From: Amphiscolops sp. MND2022
Lineage: Eukaryota
DNA: 64,000 nucleotides
Reading direction: 5' to 3'
Assembly (NCBI GenBank): GCA_964187785.1
Contig: OZ076409.1
Location: 44,704,001 to 44,768,000 of the forward strand
Under the pieces are notes generated by a model. The model saw only the letters and a program-made list of their open reading frames with translations. It was not told the origin of the DNA and ran no database searches. Made by a program: the position numbers and the translations under genes. Shown here piece after piece: positions 12,401 through 27,400 of the stretch; the stretch's first letter is position 1, and the number at the start of each line of letters is the position of its first letter.

Positions 12401-15400
12401 TAGACTTTCATCTCCAAGCTGGATAACTACTGGTGCAATTGGTAAAAGACCTTTCAAATTTGCAACAGATGCGGCGCACGTTGATTGAGAAGTCTGTCCG
12501 TCTTGATTCGCCTCTTTCGTTTTCCTGGATGAACCGGTAGCTGTTGACGTTTCGCGCGGAAAAACTCGCTCCACTCCATGGAGCAGAGTGTTATGACTGC
12601 TGTTACAATCTTTGTGAGTACTTTTGTGTGGCTTGAAACACTTTCGGAAACCGTGATTCCCATTCAATCAGGAAAAACAAATTGATTACTCGCAGCTACA
12701 TGAGCTCTCTGAGTAGGCGTTTTCTGGTTGAAAACCGCGCAATTTCATATCGCATGGTTGCCTTTACACACAAGGCAAGGACTCGATGCCTTTTTCGGTT
12801 TCGTTTGTGGATACAAAGACTTTCGTTTTTGATTTGGATTCATCTGCGTTTGGTTTTTGAGCGGTGGATTGCATCCGTTCTTGCGCCACGCTTTGACGCT
12901 GAGCCATTCTTCGAAATTCAAAAGAGTCGGCTGAGAAGAGAATTTTCGAACTGTGTGAAGAGACCAAGGTTTTTTAATAATCGGAGGTAGCTGGCTGTCG
13001 GCCATGCTCAGAAGCGATGCGCTTCTGAGATATGCTTCGCAGTTCAAAGATTTTAATACGCCGACTAAACTCGTGATTGCCAGAGAATAACTAAATCTGT
13101 TGTCCGAGTTGTGTATTTTCAATGGTGGAAAAATGCTGAGTTTATCCAGATATGCAAACTTTGGAGACTACCGTTTGAGGCTGTCTCAAGTTTTTTACAT
13201 CATTACTAAGCGACGACATGTCAACACGAGATATGGTGTTCCAGTCGCTTCGGGAGCCGTGGTTGAATGGCTGAAAACAGTGGTGTTTTGTTGCGGGGAG
13301 ATGTTGCTGCTGGAAAGGATGCGGGATTGTAGAAATAAACAGAACTAAACGGGATTGAGTACATAGAAGGAGCACTTGTGGCATTCGTTCCAGATAGCGT
13401 GCTTACTGTTATAGTTGTTGTACCCACAGTTGTTACAACAGGTGCTGTGAAAGACGACTCAACTAAGTGTGTCGGAGCTTCATTTGAAACAACGCTGTTA
13501 GATTTATGTGTTTCAAGAGAATCTCTGAACGTCACAATCGGTCGATCTGAAAACGGCTTCAAATTTGGCATGACTGATACGGATGAATTCACAGGAACGA
13601 TGGCTGCATTGGAAAACCCAGAAGGCGCATTATCATTCAGCGCTTTTACATGATGATTAGAAAATACGAATGTTTCCGATGCACTCCGAACATCGGTGCT
13701 ATCTTTTGCGTCAGCGTTGTTCGGCGAAAACAAGGTAGTAGAGTTTCCAGCTGGTGGGTGATCAACGTCTAGAGTAGCTGAAGATCTATTCCTAAAACCA
13801 CTGAAGTTCTCGTTCGAAATTGAGGTCGCTAGTTTTTCGGTCGGTAACGGTATAGAGCCTGAAAAAGACGGCGTTTGGTTCTCGGTTGAACTATTGTTTA
13901 CCCAATTCCTAACTCATTCTTCATCGTTATCACTGTCAGTTCTTAGTACTTCCACAACTTCACTTCCACCAGCATTTGCAGCAGACCCTTCGTCTTCAAG
14001 TTCCATTTCATTTATTTTGGCCTCAACCAGTTTCTTACGATTTTTTCCAATCAATTCTTCCATCTCAAAGCGTTGTTTTTTCTCTGCCAACAAAAGGAGT
14101 GCTGCATTTTGTTTCTCTACTTCTTCTCTCCTCAACTTTGCTGCCAGAAGTTATTTTCTGCGAGAGCTAGAAGAAACTGACAAAGACTTTGTTTTACCAC
14201 ATGAGAAACTCAAGTGACTAGGACACTTCGACGACATATGGCTAGACAATTTTCCCACAGAGGCAACATCAGTACATTCAACGTCATCTAATGTTTCAAT
14301 GTAGTCACGGGCATTTCTTACTATTACGTCATTATCCACAGTTAGATCAAGCAACCACTTTTCAAGCTGTTCTTTAAATGTCTCAGGGTTATTCACTGTA
14401 TTGGGTAACAACAAGATCTCATCGTTCTTTGCCAATGCCTTTTCTACTGTCTCTTTAGAGTGTTCAATCAACTTCTCGACTTTCACGCGCCTATCTTTTT
14501 ACTGACTGCTTCTTCGACGTCAGCTTGATAGTTCTCCAACTCAAAAATCAACCCATCACGTTTGGCTAATAATCTGGTCATTTTAGTTTCAGTTGTCTTG
14601 TCCATCCAAGATCTTTATAGCGGACAAATACGAAAAAAAATAAAGTATAAAGGATGTTTTTTTCGTATTTGTCCGCACCAGAACTTGTGCTCTCGTTTCA
14701 GTTGTTTCGTTTGCCAAAGTTGAAAATTTGTCTTTTCGGGTTGCGTGTTGTACCGTCATCACAGAATGAAAATTCACAATGAAAGAATTTTTAGAGGAGT
14801 TTGAGTTGCAAATGTTTTCCGTTAAGGAATTGAGCTAAATTTTTAGAGTCTTGAAACAGAACTAATAGTTTTTCGGGATAATTAGAGAGATCCAAAAGTT
14901 TTTTGTCGGAACATTAATGAAATTTCGGACAACTGATTGAAGGGTTGAGTACCGGTCGGGAGATCCGTGGAAACTTCTTTTTGACTGCATTTCGCCCAGC
15001 TTCGGATCGGGTTCGGGTTGCTAGCTTAGTCCAGTCACCAGTGGGTCGCGGCACCAGAAAATGTGCTCGTCTTCACGGTTGAAGTCAAAACGGTTGTCTT
15101 CCAAGAAAGTTTTTATAAAAGAATACTGATGGAAAGTATTGTTAACTGTTTTACACAATGAAGGTCCTTTGTCAAAAGGAGTATGATGGCAAAACACTTT
15201 TACTATATATGAGTGGTAAACAAAAGCTGGTTTACGGAGTACTAAAGGTCAAACGTACTAGAATCGGGAGTACTGTACGGTACGAATTATGTAACCAAAG
15301 TCACGTGATACGGCGTACTACATTTTCGGTCGAGGTCAAAACTAATTAATTTCCTTTTAGGTCGTTGAGACTTTTGCATCAGCAACATGTTCATCTCCAG

Positions 15401-18400
15401 GATAAATGGAATTTTTCATCGAAAATATATTGGCAATAGGCTTTGCTTTGCCTAAAAATAATAAAAAAACCAAACACGCGGAAAACTTAAAATAGATTAC
15501 GCAATGCAGACGCATTTACGCTGAATCAATATCTCAAAAAGTTAAAACTACGTTTTAATTCGGGTGGTGTGCCTCTCTTACAAAGTCATTCATTTCAGTT
15601 ATATCTTCCATTCCAACAGTCGTTCGACTCGATACAGTTCTCAAAGTTTTCCGAAACATTCTTGATGAAGCATATAACTTAGAAGAGCCAAAAAGATTCA
15701 AATCGATTCATTGTTTTGATTTTTTTCCAACTTTGTCGGTACTTACAACTTTTCCTGAATATTTCAACGGTTTTGAACGAACTCCACTTACCTCTTTAGT
15801 TATACTAACTTTTCTGTTTCGTAGTTGGATGTAATCCTGGAAATTGTGAATTGAATGGAGACACGTACCAATGCATAGCTGGTTATTTTCTCAACGCACA
15901 AACTGCTGATTGCCAAAGTAAGTATTGACTGTAATATCAAGTGTTAATTATATAATTCAAACGTTACCACAGTGGAAAATTTGAAACTTACTGTAAAAAC
16001 GTCTTTTTTTTCTTGCATCAAAAGTTTTATCAAGCGGGGCAGAAGGTAGTTGTATCGTATTTACTTTGTTAAGTCCATTAATTTGAAATATCAATAATGT
16101 GTTACAGCCAATTTATATAGCAGACCAAATCTGAACCGACAAAAATTATCCTTGTGTTGGAACTTTTGAAAGCCGTATTAATAGCGTTTTTAGGACTTCA
16201 ACTCTGAAACACTTCGTGAGTTGTATTGATTCTACGTTCAAGACTTCGAAATGCCTGACACCATGACCGTATAAAAGAAGTAAATAAAAAGTTCGTATTT
16301 TTTAACCTTTGTTTGCATTTTTAGTCGGCGCATTTTAGTAGAAAATGTGCCCGACTATTACAGTGGGTAGTTTTTTTTTTTAGACACGAAAGTGCCACTT
16401 TTCTTTCTGTCTTTTCTTTTTGTTCTTTGTTCAGTTCATTTCTTCAACAACTTGGCGAACCTAAGAAGCGCGTCCAAAACGAAAAAGAAAACAAAACAAA
16501 CAAAACCTCGACAACACACTAACGATCTCCCCTAAGCCTCCCCCCCCCTCACTTTTTTTCGGCACTGTGCGACTTTTTTTGAAACTTTTTGGATTGCACC
16601 AAAGGGTCCCCCCTTTATTTGTTTCGATATTTTAAAACACAATGGATGTCAAGAAATTCCAAAGGGTCCCCCCTTTTACATTTTTCGGCACTGTGACACT
16701 GTTCAAAAATCACATTTTAAAATTTTTTGGGCAATTTTTTTCAGTCCTTAAAGGGTCCCCCCTTCAATTTTTTTCATATTTTGCAACCAGCTGGAGTTTC
16801 ACAAAGCCCAAAGGGTCCCCCTTTTACATTTTTCGACACTGTGACACTGTTCAATTCATTTTTTTTCATATTTTGCCACCAGCTGGAGTTTCACAAAACC
16901 CAAAGAGTCCCCCCTTTTGCAATTTTGAGCCTTAGATATAGCGCCGACTTTGGCCGTTCTCGGCTTGTTTGTAGTTATTTTACCTTTGGCAAAAAAATTG
17001 CCTTTGTTTGCATTTCAACCGATATCTCCCTTATTCAAATTATGTTTACTAGCAAATTGCATCGCAAGTGATGATATCAACTGCAAAATCTCTGGATCAC
17101 AAGACCAATGCACAAGCGCAGCCTCGAGTTGTGAATGTGCCCCATTGTATCACGTCAACTCACAGGGATCTTGCACGAGTGAGCAATTATCATACTTTTC
17201 CTTGTTAAATTCTTCATTATTGAGTGTGGTGTTAATTTCAGCAATGATTCTTTTTTTTCAGTTTCGTGTTTGATTGACAGCACCCATTGCATATGTACGA
17301 GCAGGTTTGATGTTTCCCAATGCAAATGCCGAGCTGGTTACGTCATCAATGCTGAAGATGGAGGGTGCACCAGTTAGCAAAACTAACAATAACTTTTTGC
17401 GCTCAAATTGTATCTTTTACTTATAACTTACTTATTTAACCTAATAACTTTTCCACCTCCAGGTGTCCAACATAAATACTAAATAGTTAGGTTTTTAATT
17501 TTAAATGAAATGAACACAAAAGATCTTGACAAGCGTTCCATGTATCATGATTTGCCATGATCTTGACAAGGGTACCATGGTTAACCATGATTAAGCAAGA
17601 TTAACCATGATCATGGCAAGCGTTCCGTTCCATGGCTTCGAACACTGGGATGACATACTTCCAGAGAAAGATGATATTTTTCTGGTAGGATTTCCAAAGT
17701 TTTGATTTTATCTGTTTGTCATGCGTATGACTTTTATTTATCGTATTTTTTTTCAGCTCAATGTTCTTCACTTCAACAGTACTGTAAAGACATTCACGAT
17801 GACAGTATATGTACAGAAAACGACGATATCTGCAAGTGCGAGGATGGCTATTACCCTGCTTTAGAAGTCGACTCCACAACTGGGACTGGTCATATCAAGT
17901 GTCAGAGTAAGGGGAGCTTTCGGACCATGTGTTCAATTCCCCCCCCCTAAAAAAACTGCGACGGGGGAAAAATAATACAGAAGGTTCATATACCATTATG
18001 TCGACACTTTGCGTTGGAATTTTGGTCCAATAAAATAATTGATGTCGACATAATCCTATCCAGTATATTGACTGTCAGTTACAAGTTGCTCATTAGATTT
18101 TATAGTGGACAAAATTTGCGCCGAAATAGGGGCCTTTTTATACGATTTTGGCTTGTTCCGAACTTAAACTTCTTCTATTTTGTACAATAATATGAAAAAA
18201 TTATGGTAATTTTTTGCCTGAAGTGTCCAAATAGTTGTAGAAACCATCCTCTAAGTATTTAAATTCATATAATCTTCTCTTATTAGTGAAATAGTTTTAT
18301 TCAAGAACAAAATGTGCTTTCGTGTTGGGGGGGGGGTATATTCCCAGCAAGGTGTACCTGGAGAGGGGAAATAGATGACATGGTCCGAGCTTTCATTTAA

Positions 18401-21400
18401 CTTCATAATTTTTAGTCGGTGCTCTAAGAAATGAAGACCTTAAGAAGTAAAAGTTCTGATAGTGTCTTTTTGTCGATTTGTTTAATTTTCCTCCTAATCC
18501 GCTCAACTTGACCGAAAATGTCAACAAGGTCGCTCTCTATGAGATCAAAAAGTTTTTCTCTGGGTCTTTTCGGTACTGTTCAACTTTGTTTCAAAAATTT
18601 TTACATAAAAGAAATGCCCTCTTAGTTATTTTCTTTTCAGTTTGCAAAAAGACTTTTTGAACTCTATGGAATTTTTTGGCACATTGAGACTATTGACACT
18701 CTTTTTCAAAAACAACTTGGAGTGGAATAAGAAATCTTTTTGGTCCATTTGAGCCCTAAGCGGAGCGCTAATTTCTGCTGTTCCTGGCTTGTTTTAGTTC
18801 TTGGAGCTACAGTGAGTGAAATGATTTGCTTGCCCAATGAAGTTAATTCCGACGGAGAAGCTAATAGCAAATGCAGCTGTACGTCAGCAACTGATGTCCT
18901 AACATGTTCATGTGACTCTGGTTACGCAAATGACATTGAGCAGAATTCGGGTTTTTGTGTGGGTTAGTATCCCATCAAAACTTTTTCAACTGAGTGTTTT
19001 TTTACTGACAGGTTTTTAAAAGCTTCGAATTTCTTGGAGTTTTGTCATTTGTGATTATTTACTACTATTTTTGATGTTTTTGGGAAAAAGAAGAACCTTC
19101 TGTTTGTCCATACCATCTCCGCCACATATCCTCCCTGACAATTTTAAGGATTGCTTTCAAAATGGCTCAGTAGTTTGATTATGAGCACTTTCATACAGTG
19201 CGTCCTTCAGTGTTTTTTGTCATAATTATAATTATGTGATTATGTGATTATCACTATAGTGATACAACCGTTTTCTGAGAAAATTTCTACTTTTCATTCT
19301 TGTCTTGGTTTTCATTTGACATTTTGTTATTCCGTATTTTCATTGGATTTTGGTGAATTTGTCTGACAACAATATTTCTGGTAATCTGCCAAAGTCGTTA
19401 AGGTTGCTCGTTTTCAATGAAAGCTATTTCTCATCTCTTTTACTAATGAATATAACTAACGCATTGTTCTTCAACAAATCCTTGTTCATTAAAGCCTTAA
19501 GTGTTCAAACATTTGGTACTTGAAGGCGAGAACTCCTGCTAAAATTTTTCTGCTGGTTTATTCAAGTTCATAATACAAATTTGTATTATGAACTTGAATA
19601 AACCAGAAGAAAAAATTTTTGCATGAGTTCTCGCCTTCAAGTGGCCATATCGGCTAATTGATTACATTCGTAATTAGTTTATTACATTCGTAATTACAAT
19701 CGTAATTAGTCGATATAGCCACTTCCAGTAACTAAATGTTTTCCAGTACTCCAGTTTCCCGAGTATATTATACTTATGTTTTGGTTTCGGTCGGTAATCT
19801 TGTATTAGTTTTTTGCAGAAGTAAGACTCCTGAAGATATGTCTGTTTTTCAGAAGCGTTCTGCTATGCTGGCCAAGAATTCTGTCTGTGCGACAATGACG
19901 CCATCCCAACCACGTGCAAGTGTGCGGCAGGTCTGGGCCCCGTTGGTGATGGCACTTGCTTCCGTGAGTATAATTCCCATTGCCCTTTTGCGGTTCATAA
20001 AAAAGATGAGAAAAATAAGAGAAGTAAAACAAAAGCCGGTGAACCCACAAAACATCTGTTACAGCCAATTTTCGGTTTTTCCTTTCTGCCACACGCTTTA
20101 TTTACTGATTTTAACTTAATGAATTATAATTTGAATATTTTCAAATAATTCCTAAAACTAGTATTCCACTCTATTTTCAGGACGTCACACAAATGTACAC
20201 AATCATTTACAATTTTACCAATAAAAGATTTTTATGAACTCAAGAACGAGGAATGACACTACAAACTGAGAAACGACAGAAAATTCAATTTGGTCCCTTT
20301 CCCAAAATATTTACCTCAAAACAAAATTTTTTAGGTCAGGGAAACCAGGCGAAGCCTATTGTCCTCCTGATTTTCATATCCAGATTTCATTTTTCCCTGT
20401 TTCAATTTTGTGATATTTTTTGTGGTTTTTCAAATTCAGCTCTATGTTCCCTAACCCGGGTAGGTATGCATTTGCTTCTGGCATAAAACATTTAAAAAGT
20501 CTCTTGATTACGTTTTGATCTAAAAAGTTTTAAGCAAAAAGTCAGTTTCATGCTTTTTACGAGAAAAAAAACATGCAAAAAGTCGATGTTTCACTTGTTT
20601 CAAGCTTCTGATTTAATTTTTGGTGGAGCCATGTTCCTGGCTTCCTTTTACCATTTTTTCATTGAAGAATACTTTGGGTTTTTTGTCCGACGAAACAGGG
20701 CCAAATATTTCTTTTTTCCAATTTCTAATATTTCCAATTGAAAATCCAGAATCTTGAAAACATTTTGGCCGAAACAGCACTGAAAATGCTGGAAAGTTGG
20801 TGCTTCTCTATATCTTTCAAAGGTAGTTTCCCGTACTGGCACTCAACTGCAAACCACTGGTGGCCACCAGTGGACCACCGGTGGAGACACTTTAGGGCTA
20901 CCAATTTCGCTTTCACCGGTGACCACCGTTGGACACCGTGGACACAGTGGAAAATTTTTCAAAAAAAATGAGTTTTGAATATTCAAATCACGCGCTCGGG
21001 CATGTTTGCCCGTGAAATTTTGTTTGTCCATTTTTGATTTTTCTGTTAAAATGCGTGTTTTTTCTAGTTATTTGAAATCACTCATTACGATACATATGCC
21101 GCAAAAGTGGTTTTACATCCAGTGTAAAGTGTATTTTTCGTAAAACGAGAGCGAACCATATTCTAGTCAAATAGTGCACCGTGTTCATCGCGGATTGTGA
21201 TGCACAGTGTAACAAGAAATTTTGCATTGTGATCATTCAGCGTGGTTGTGTAAAGTCGTCACTTACTGTATTATGATCACTACGCGTACCGCCAAATCAC
21301 ACAGTGTAACAAGCAAAACACGTATCGCGTATCTGAAATAATAACGCGTTTTTATTGGCTGTTAATCGAACTAGCAAGATCTTGCTAGTTCGTTGCGGCA

Positions 21401-24400
21401 TATGTATCGTAATGCTGTATTTTGGTGAAATATGGCCCAAAATCGTATTTCTGATTTTCTGAAATTTGAACACTGACTGTATTTTCATTGGTGACCAGTG
21501 GTGGCAATGGAGCCACTGGTGTATTTATCAATGTTCACCGGTCGCTACCAGTGGAACTTCCGGTGACCACCAGTGAAATTGTTGATGGACCAAAAGCTGC
21601 GGATGCCACCTCAGTGGCCCACCGGAGGGACTTCGGTGGATCATCGGTGACCACTGGTGGACTGCGATTGGTTGCCAACCCGGGTTGTCGCAAAATGTTT
21701 CGCTAAAGCCATTTCTGTTGTCACATTACATGACCTCTACTTTTCAACGAGAAAACGTTTTTTTTCGGAAAGTTTGTTTTTTGCAAAAGTTTGTGAGATG
21801 ACGCTCACAGCTCTGATAAAAAGCATTCTCTGCGAGCCTTGCGATAAATACGAGCTTGTTTTGAGTTAGAAAACTTGAAGTATTTGAAAAGCTACAAGCA
21901 CCGTAGATCTTAAAAGAGGTCTTCGCATTTAAAATAGAAGCTCAAAATTTATTGTAAGTATGATTTAGAAGTGAACGACGGAGCTCTTTGCCGTTTTCAT
22001 TGCAAAAATTTAATGTAAGTTCTTGTGCGACAATAGATGTTCCACTAACTATAGCGGAGGTAGCCCCTTGGGCTCGAAATTCTTCAAGTTCCAAATCTCA
22101 AAGTGTGTTCTTGGAAAGGTTTTAATCGAATTTAGATGAGTATATTGTATTATATACTAGCAAAAAGTTTTTTAATAGACTACTGTACACCCGATGCCAT
22201 AAATACTCCGAACCCGAACTGCATGGAGTTTACAGATGGTCAAATTACAACCACCGAATGTATCAACCCAGAGTTAACGACGTGTCGTTGTGAGCCCAAA
22301 TATGCCATTTTCCATTTACAAGCTACAAGTTACAATCAATGCCTCCGTTAGTTTGTTTTTAGTACCATTCTAACACATTTCTTCTGTTCACTCCTCTTTG
22401 ACTCCTACTGATATCTAAATAGCAAGTCTGGAATTATTCAGTCATTTGTTTAGTTATGTTTTCGATTCTGTGAATAGTGGTGTCAGTCGTCAAGATCCTT
22501 TTCATGGTTTTTCGCCCACTTTTTTTTCCTGTGGGACCACCTACTGAATTAATTTAATTAATCGCCACGTTTTTTCCGATGTTATCAGTCAAAAGTTATC
22601 AGTCAGACATTAAAAGCATGACGACGAAACCAAACTTCTTTAAACTTGTCTGTTTACCTCTCATCGATATTTCTTGCAACTGATTTGTCTTCATCCAAAT
22701 CAATCACATTTAAGTATTTGCAAATAATGATTTTGATTCAGAGGATTTTCAGTCATTTCAGTCCAGAGATCCCAGGTTCGAATTGTAGTTTGTGCAGAGT
22801 ACTTTCTCATACTCAAGTTAGAAGCAATCAATGTAACTTATAGAAACAGTAGCCCTCGAAATGTCTTGGCATTTTACGGCTAAACAATTTCGTAGTACTT
22901 CTACAGTATAAAAAGGGACTGAGAATTTACTATGTGATATGTTTTCAAAAAAGTTCAAACTAACCGTAGAAACCAAGTAACTGTTACGTTTCAAATCTAT
23001 TCTTTAATCGTGTGAACGTGTCTCAATATGGTGTGAAAGGAGGATGTTGTTTAGCTGGTTGTTACTCACCCGTCACCGAGCATGACGAAACAGACCCCGA
23101 ACAGCTGTATCAGGATGCAGACAAGTGTACATGTACAGACCCCACCGACATAAAAACATGCGAGTGTCTCGCTGGTTATGTCTTAGACTTCACCGGAGCT
23201 TGTACAAGTTAGTTACAGTATACAGCTTTGTCAAAACTGGAATTTCTTGGAAATTTTAGGGTTGAAAAAAAATGTTATTTTAACACAAACCGTCATGTGA
23301 AAGTTTTTGCTCCGTCGCATTTTTGCTACGTTTGTAGCATTTTTGGGATCTCTTTCACTATATCCCTCCCTACAGCAAAAAGGGGGGTATTGCACATTCT
23401 AATAGCGCAGATCTGCTCTTATCTAACAACGCTTCTGATTGGCTGAGCGGGGATTTTGATAATAAGAACCAATAAAAAGTGTCGTTAGTTATGATGGGAT
23501 CAATTGAATTGAGAGAATAGCATGAGAGATAAGCCAATAGGAAATGAATATAAATGAGCCACAAATATTCGTTTTCTCTAGGGGGGACAAAGTGTAACGA
23601 GTCATATAGGGGGGGGGGGGGACATAGTGAAAGAGATCCCATTTTTGTTTTCATACACGCATGTATAAATCAACATGCAAATATTTGCATTTTTGCTGTT
23701 TTTAGCATTTTTTAGTCATGCATGCAGTCCATAGACTCGAAGTCAAATCATTTTTTCAAAAGTGCTAGTGAAATTTCTCATAGTTCTTGCATGTACCCTC
23801 ATATGTCTTTGTCTTTACGTGTCTCATATTTGTCTTAGAGCTGTGCCATTACGCTGCAGACGATTGCGTGAAAACTCTAGATGGTGTACGAACTACAACT
23901 GCTTGCACTGCAGGTGATTATCAAGACAAAACCTGTTTATGCAAGGACGGCTTCTATCCCAAAGTTCAAATCCTCACATTGAGTGTCGATCCCGAAGTAG
24001 TTGATTGCATCGGTAATTTTCCTTATCGTTTCACAATAAAAAAGAAATGAAATTTATTGCATCACTATTTTCGTTTAAGATACACTTCGGTACCAAAAAG
24101 CTGAAGACACTTGATTTCGTTGACAAAAAATTTCAAATACCGAAAGTTTCTGCAAAATCAAGTGACACGAGAGTCTTAAGAACAAAACTTTCTCGAATTT
24201 AGATGAAAAATAGAAGGGTACTTTTGTTTTGAAATCAAACAAAAATTACTAAAGTTATAACAGTAAGCTTGTTTTTGAAATTTGGCATTTTCTGAAACGC
24301 TTCATGTTATATCTCGAAAACCGATGCTCGGAACAAAAAATGCCTGCGACAAACTTGGTACCTTTAATTCAGATCTGTAAATTTTGAAATAAACACTTTT

Positions 24401-27400
24401 TTGGAAACGCGCTCCTAATGAATTTACACCACAAAATGATCACAAAATGCGAATTTTGTAAAAAAAAATTATGGTTCTGAAGGAATTACAGCAGTTTTTG
24501 GCTGCTCATTTTTAAAGGAAGCATTTTGAGAACAAGTGATGAACAAGTTAAAGAACGGTGCCAAGGCTAGTAAAAATGATCTAGTGAGGTTTTCCTTTTA
24601 ATCAGTAGTTTTCGAGATAATCCGTGAAAAATTTGAAAAATTCCAAGCCTCCTGAAAATACCATGTGATATAACGTTTGAAATTTTGACTCGATTTCGAA
24701 CCAAAAAATAACCGTTGTAATTCTGATCAAAATTTGAGAGACTTTCGTTCATGAGACTTTTATAATAAATTTGAAGATATTGCGCTTTGAAATATTCCGT
24801 CAGCCAAATTGAGTGTCTTGTTGGTACCCTAGTGTATCTCATCTCATCTCAATTAAACTTATCGAAAATTTTTCACTCTTCATTTTTCAAATAATGCGGA
24901 TACATTCTGTACATTCAATAAATATATAGTATCTCTCGTATTTCGACAGCAAAAAGAAACCAAGCATTACATCAACTGGTAAACCGAATTTAGCCAATTG
25001 AGACTAAACGCTGAAACTTTTTATCAAAATCAATTGACCTTATTCCAAAGAAAGAAGAAAAATTTGTTTTTGAATGTTATATATGAAGAGCAGTTAGTTT
25101 CATAATGTTTTACAGATATATTATAAAACATTACAAACCGTCAATTGTTTTCGTAAGTAGTTATTACAAACAATGTATTCTTTCTGATTTCAAAGATTTG
25201 TCACTAGAGATACTTGTTCTCAGAAATTGTATGTAACTAATTCGAGACAATTTTCGTATTTTTCTTCAATTTCTTCAATGAACGTAAATCATTTCTTTAC
25301 AATTTCAGCGCTTTCTAACGATGTGTGTGACCCGAGTGTTCGCAACATTGGCTGCGTTTGCACGGACTACCACGACATTGAAACGTGCTCCTGTACAACC
25401 AATTACGTCACTGACCCCAACAACCCTAGCATATGCTTAGGTTCGAGTTTGATGAAGAAACAGGCATACGCAAACTTATAACCTTGATTCATTTTTGAAT
25501 TCTTTCATTTTATTCACTACTTTTTGATCGCAAGGAACATCTTTGAACGTATCCTTGGTTGAAAAATTAATGCATGAATGCCTTACCAAATATTGAAACA
25601 TGCAGAAGTTCACGGCTTGAAATCGCTTGAAATCAGGAATTGGTAAGGTCTTTTCGCCAGGAATTGGTAAAATGTCAGAATGATAACAATTTATAAACTA
25701 TGTTGCAACATTACTTGAGGCAACCATGCGCATTGTCATACTCCATACTCGGCGTCATAAAGACCCAAAAAACGAGCGCAAAACGCAGAAAACTAACTAA
25801 AAATTATTGTGATGCGGTTTCCTCGCGCAGCCATTAACATTTATGGTATCGTCTAAATCAAGTTGTCTGTGCCATTGGTTTCACAGGTTGTCGAAGTTCG
25901 GTCATTTCGGAAGAAAGTAGAAGCAAATAGTCAGTTTAAAAGTCTATATTTTTGTTGTCTGATACATGAACACCGTTAGACTGCTCAATTTTCCATTTAG
26001 GACGACTCGCATTATGCACACCATTTAGCTCTACAACAATGCTGTAAATGTGCTTTAATTCGATCTTCTTTCAATATGGCTTCGAACTTGTCTCCTACCT
26101 CACGTCTCATTTTTCCGATCCTTTCATTATGTCTTTGTTCGGAAATCTGGCTCCAAGCTTGTATTTCGTTATTTACTTGCGTAGGATCTATCAACTGCCT
26201 ATTTAAACTTATCTCACTTAAATTTCCAGATTGATTATCAAAATTAACTAAAGATTAATTACCTTGTTGTGCTTTGTCTACCTCGAGTGAGCTCAATTCT
26301 CTTTCTTTTGAAGGGTTCCCGACTCCTGTTTTTTTTCTTTCCAATCTCTAGCAGGGTAACAATTGATTGGGTTTGAATAAACGTTTGAACTGAACTATTC
26401 AAGGAAAGGCAACTATTGGAATTGACGATATAAGGAGAGAAATAAACACGAGAGGGTGTATGAAAGTGAGAGAGATTATCACAAACGTGATGTATTGCAC
26501 TGGTATAAGAGGTAATAAAAAGCTTGAACAGTTCTTCAGGTGGATTAGCGAACTTGTGTTCGTATCCTATTTTCCAAAATGGGGACACACAGTAACAAGA
26601 CATTGCATTATTTTAGCGTGTCATGCTAACCTGATGCTAAAGATAACTTAAGTCAGATGACGTGTGTCTATTTTCAGAACAAGTAGTTAAAAATTGTACC
26701 CTACATAACTTTGCATCAACATCAAGTGGTCGTAAACAGTAACCATCATCCTTTCATTTCGTGGCTTAGGCAGCAGTTATGGACCAGCACAGCTGTGTAT
26801 TAAAATGCAACTCCGTCTACAGTAGTGATATTATTGAAAGCAACAAAAGGCAAATCTCAAAATCGAATATCTCTAAAACCAGTGATTTTTGAACAATGAT
26901 AAAAGTGAAAGTTTCTTGGATTTTTATCTAGTTTACAAATATGTTTGTTTCAAGATTATGCGATAAAAATTGTAGAAATTACGATTGGCCATTTTTAGAC
27001 AAATTTGGGCCGTGAAATCAAGCTTTTTCGAAAATACATGTATTAAGATACGCTTTTGAAATATAACCATATAAAACAAGCTCGTACTAATACAATTTAC
27101 AAAATTTTCGAGAAAAAAATATATTGTCAGATTCAAAATGCTTGAGAGAATTTTTTTGAAAATATTGTTTTGAAATCAAAAACTGTAAGTGGGTCAAAAA
27201 TTCAAAAAACTAAAAAAATGAAGTATTGGAAATTGCTCTCGACCATGGAAATGATCGCGTGAGACGTTATTTAGCCAATGAGATTTGTTTATTTGCACTC
27301 TTTCCGCGTGCTTTGTTGCTTTTAATAATATTACTACTGTGTACATCAACATTATGTTATGACGTGCTGTTGAGCATACTTGACATTTCGCAAAAAGTTT

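Larger units (their letters stand above)
4769..15387 (-). mobile_element. BEL/Pao LTR retrotransposon (BEL-1), decayed, in a host intron
   Basis: Paired LTRs and a PBS; gag (DUF1759-like), RT (YVDDLL), Pao RNase H (KLELLAVLLA) and integrase (CFVC...MADLP.ERL, SDNST.FVGA) fragments in BEL order; many stops and frameshifts. Confidence 0.93.

Noticed and set aside
19819..19820. Possible 2-nt microexon (ttttgcag|AA|gtaag)
   Set aside because: Would shift the frame and leave a 32-nt intron.
25860..26460. Minus-strand gag-like remnant (NNEIQAWSQISEQRHNERIGKMRRE)
   Set aside because: Probably an old Gypsy LTR/gag fragment, but boundaries and identity cannot be supported.
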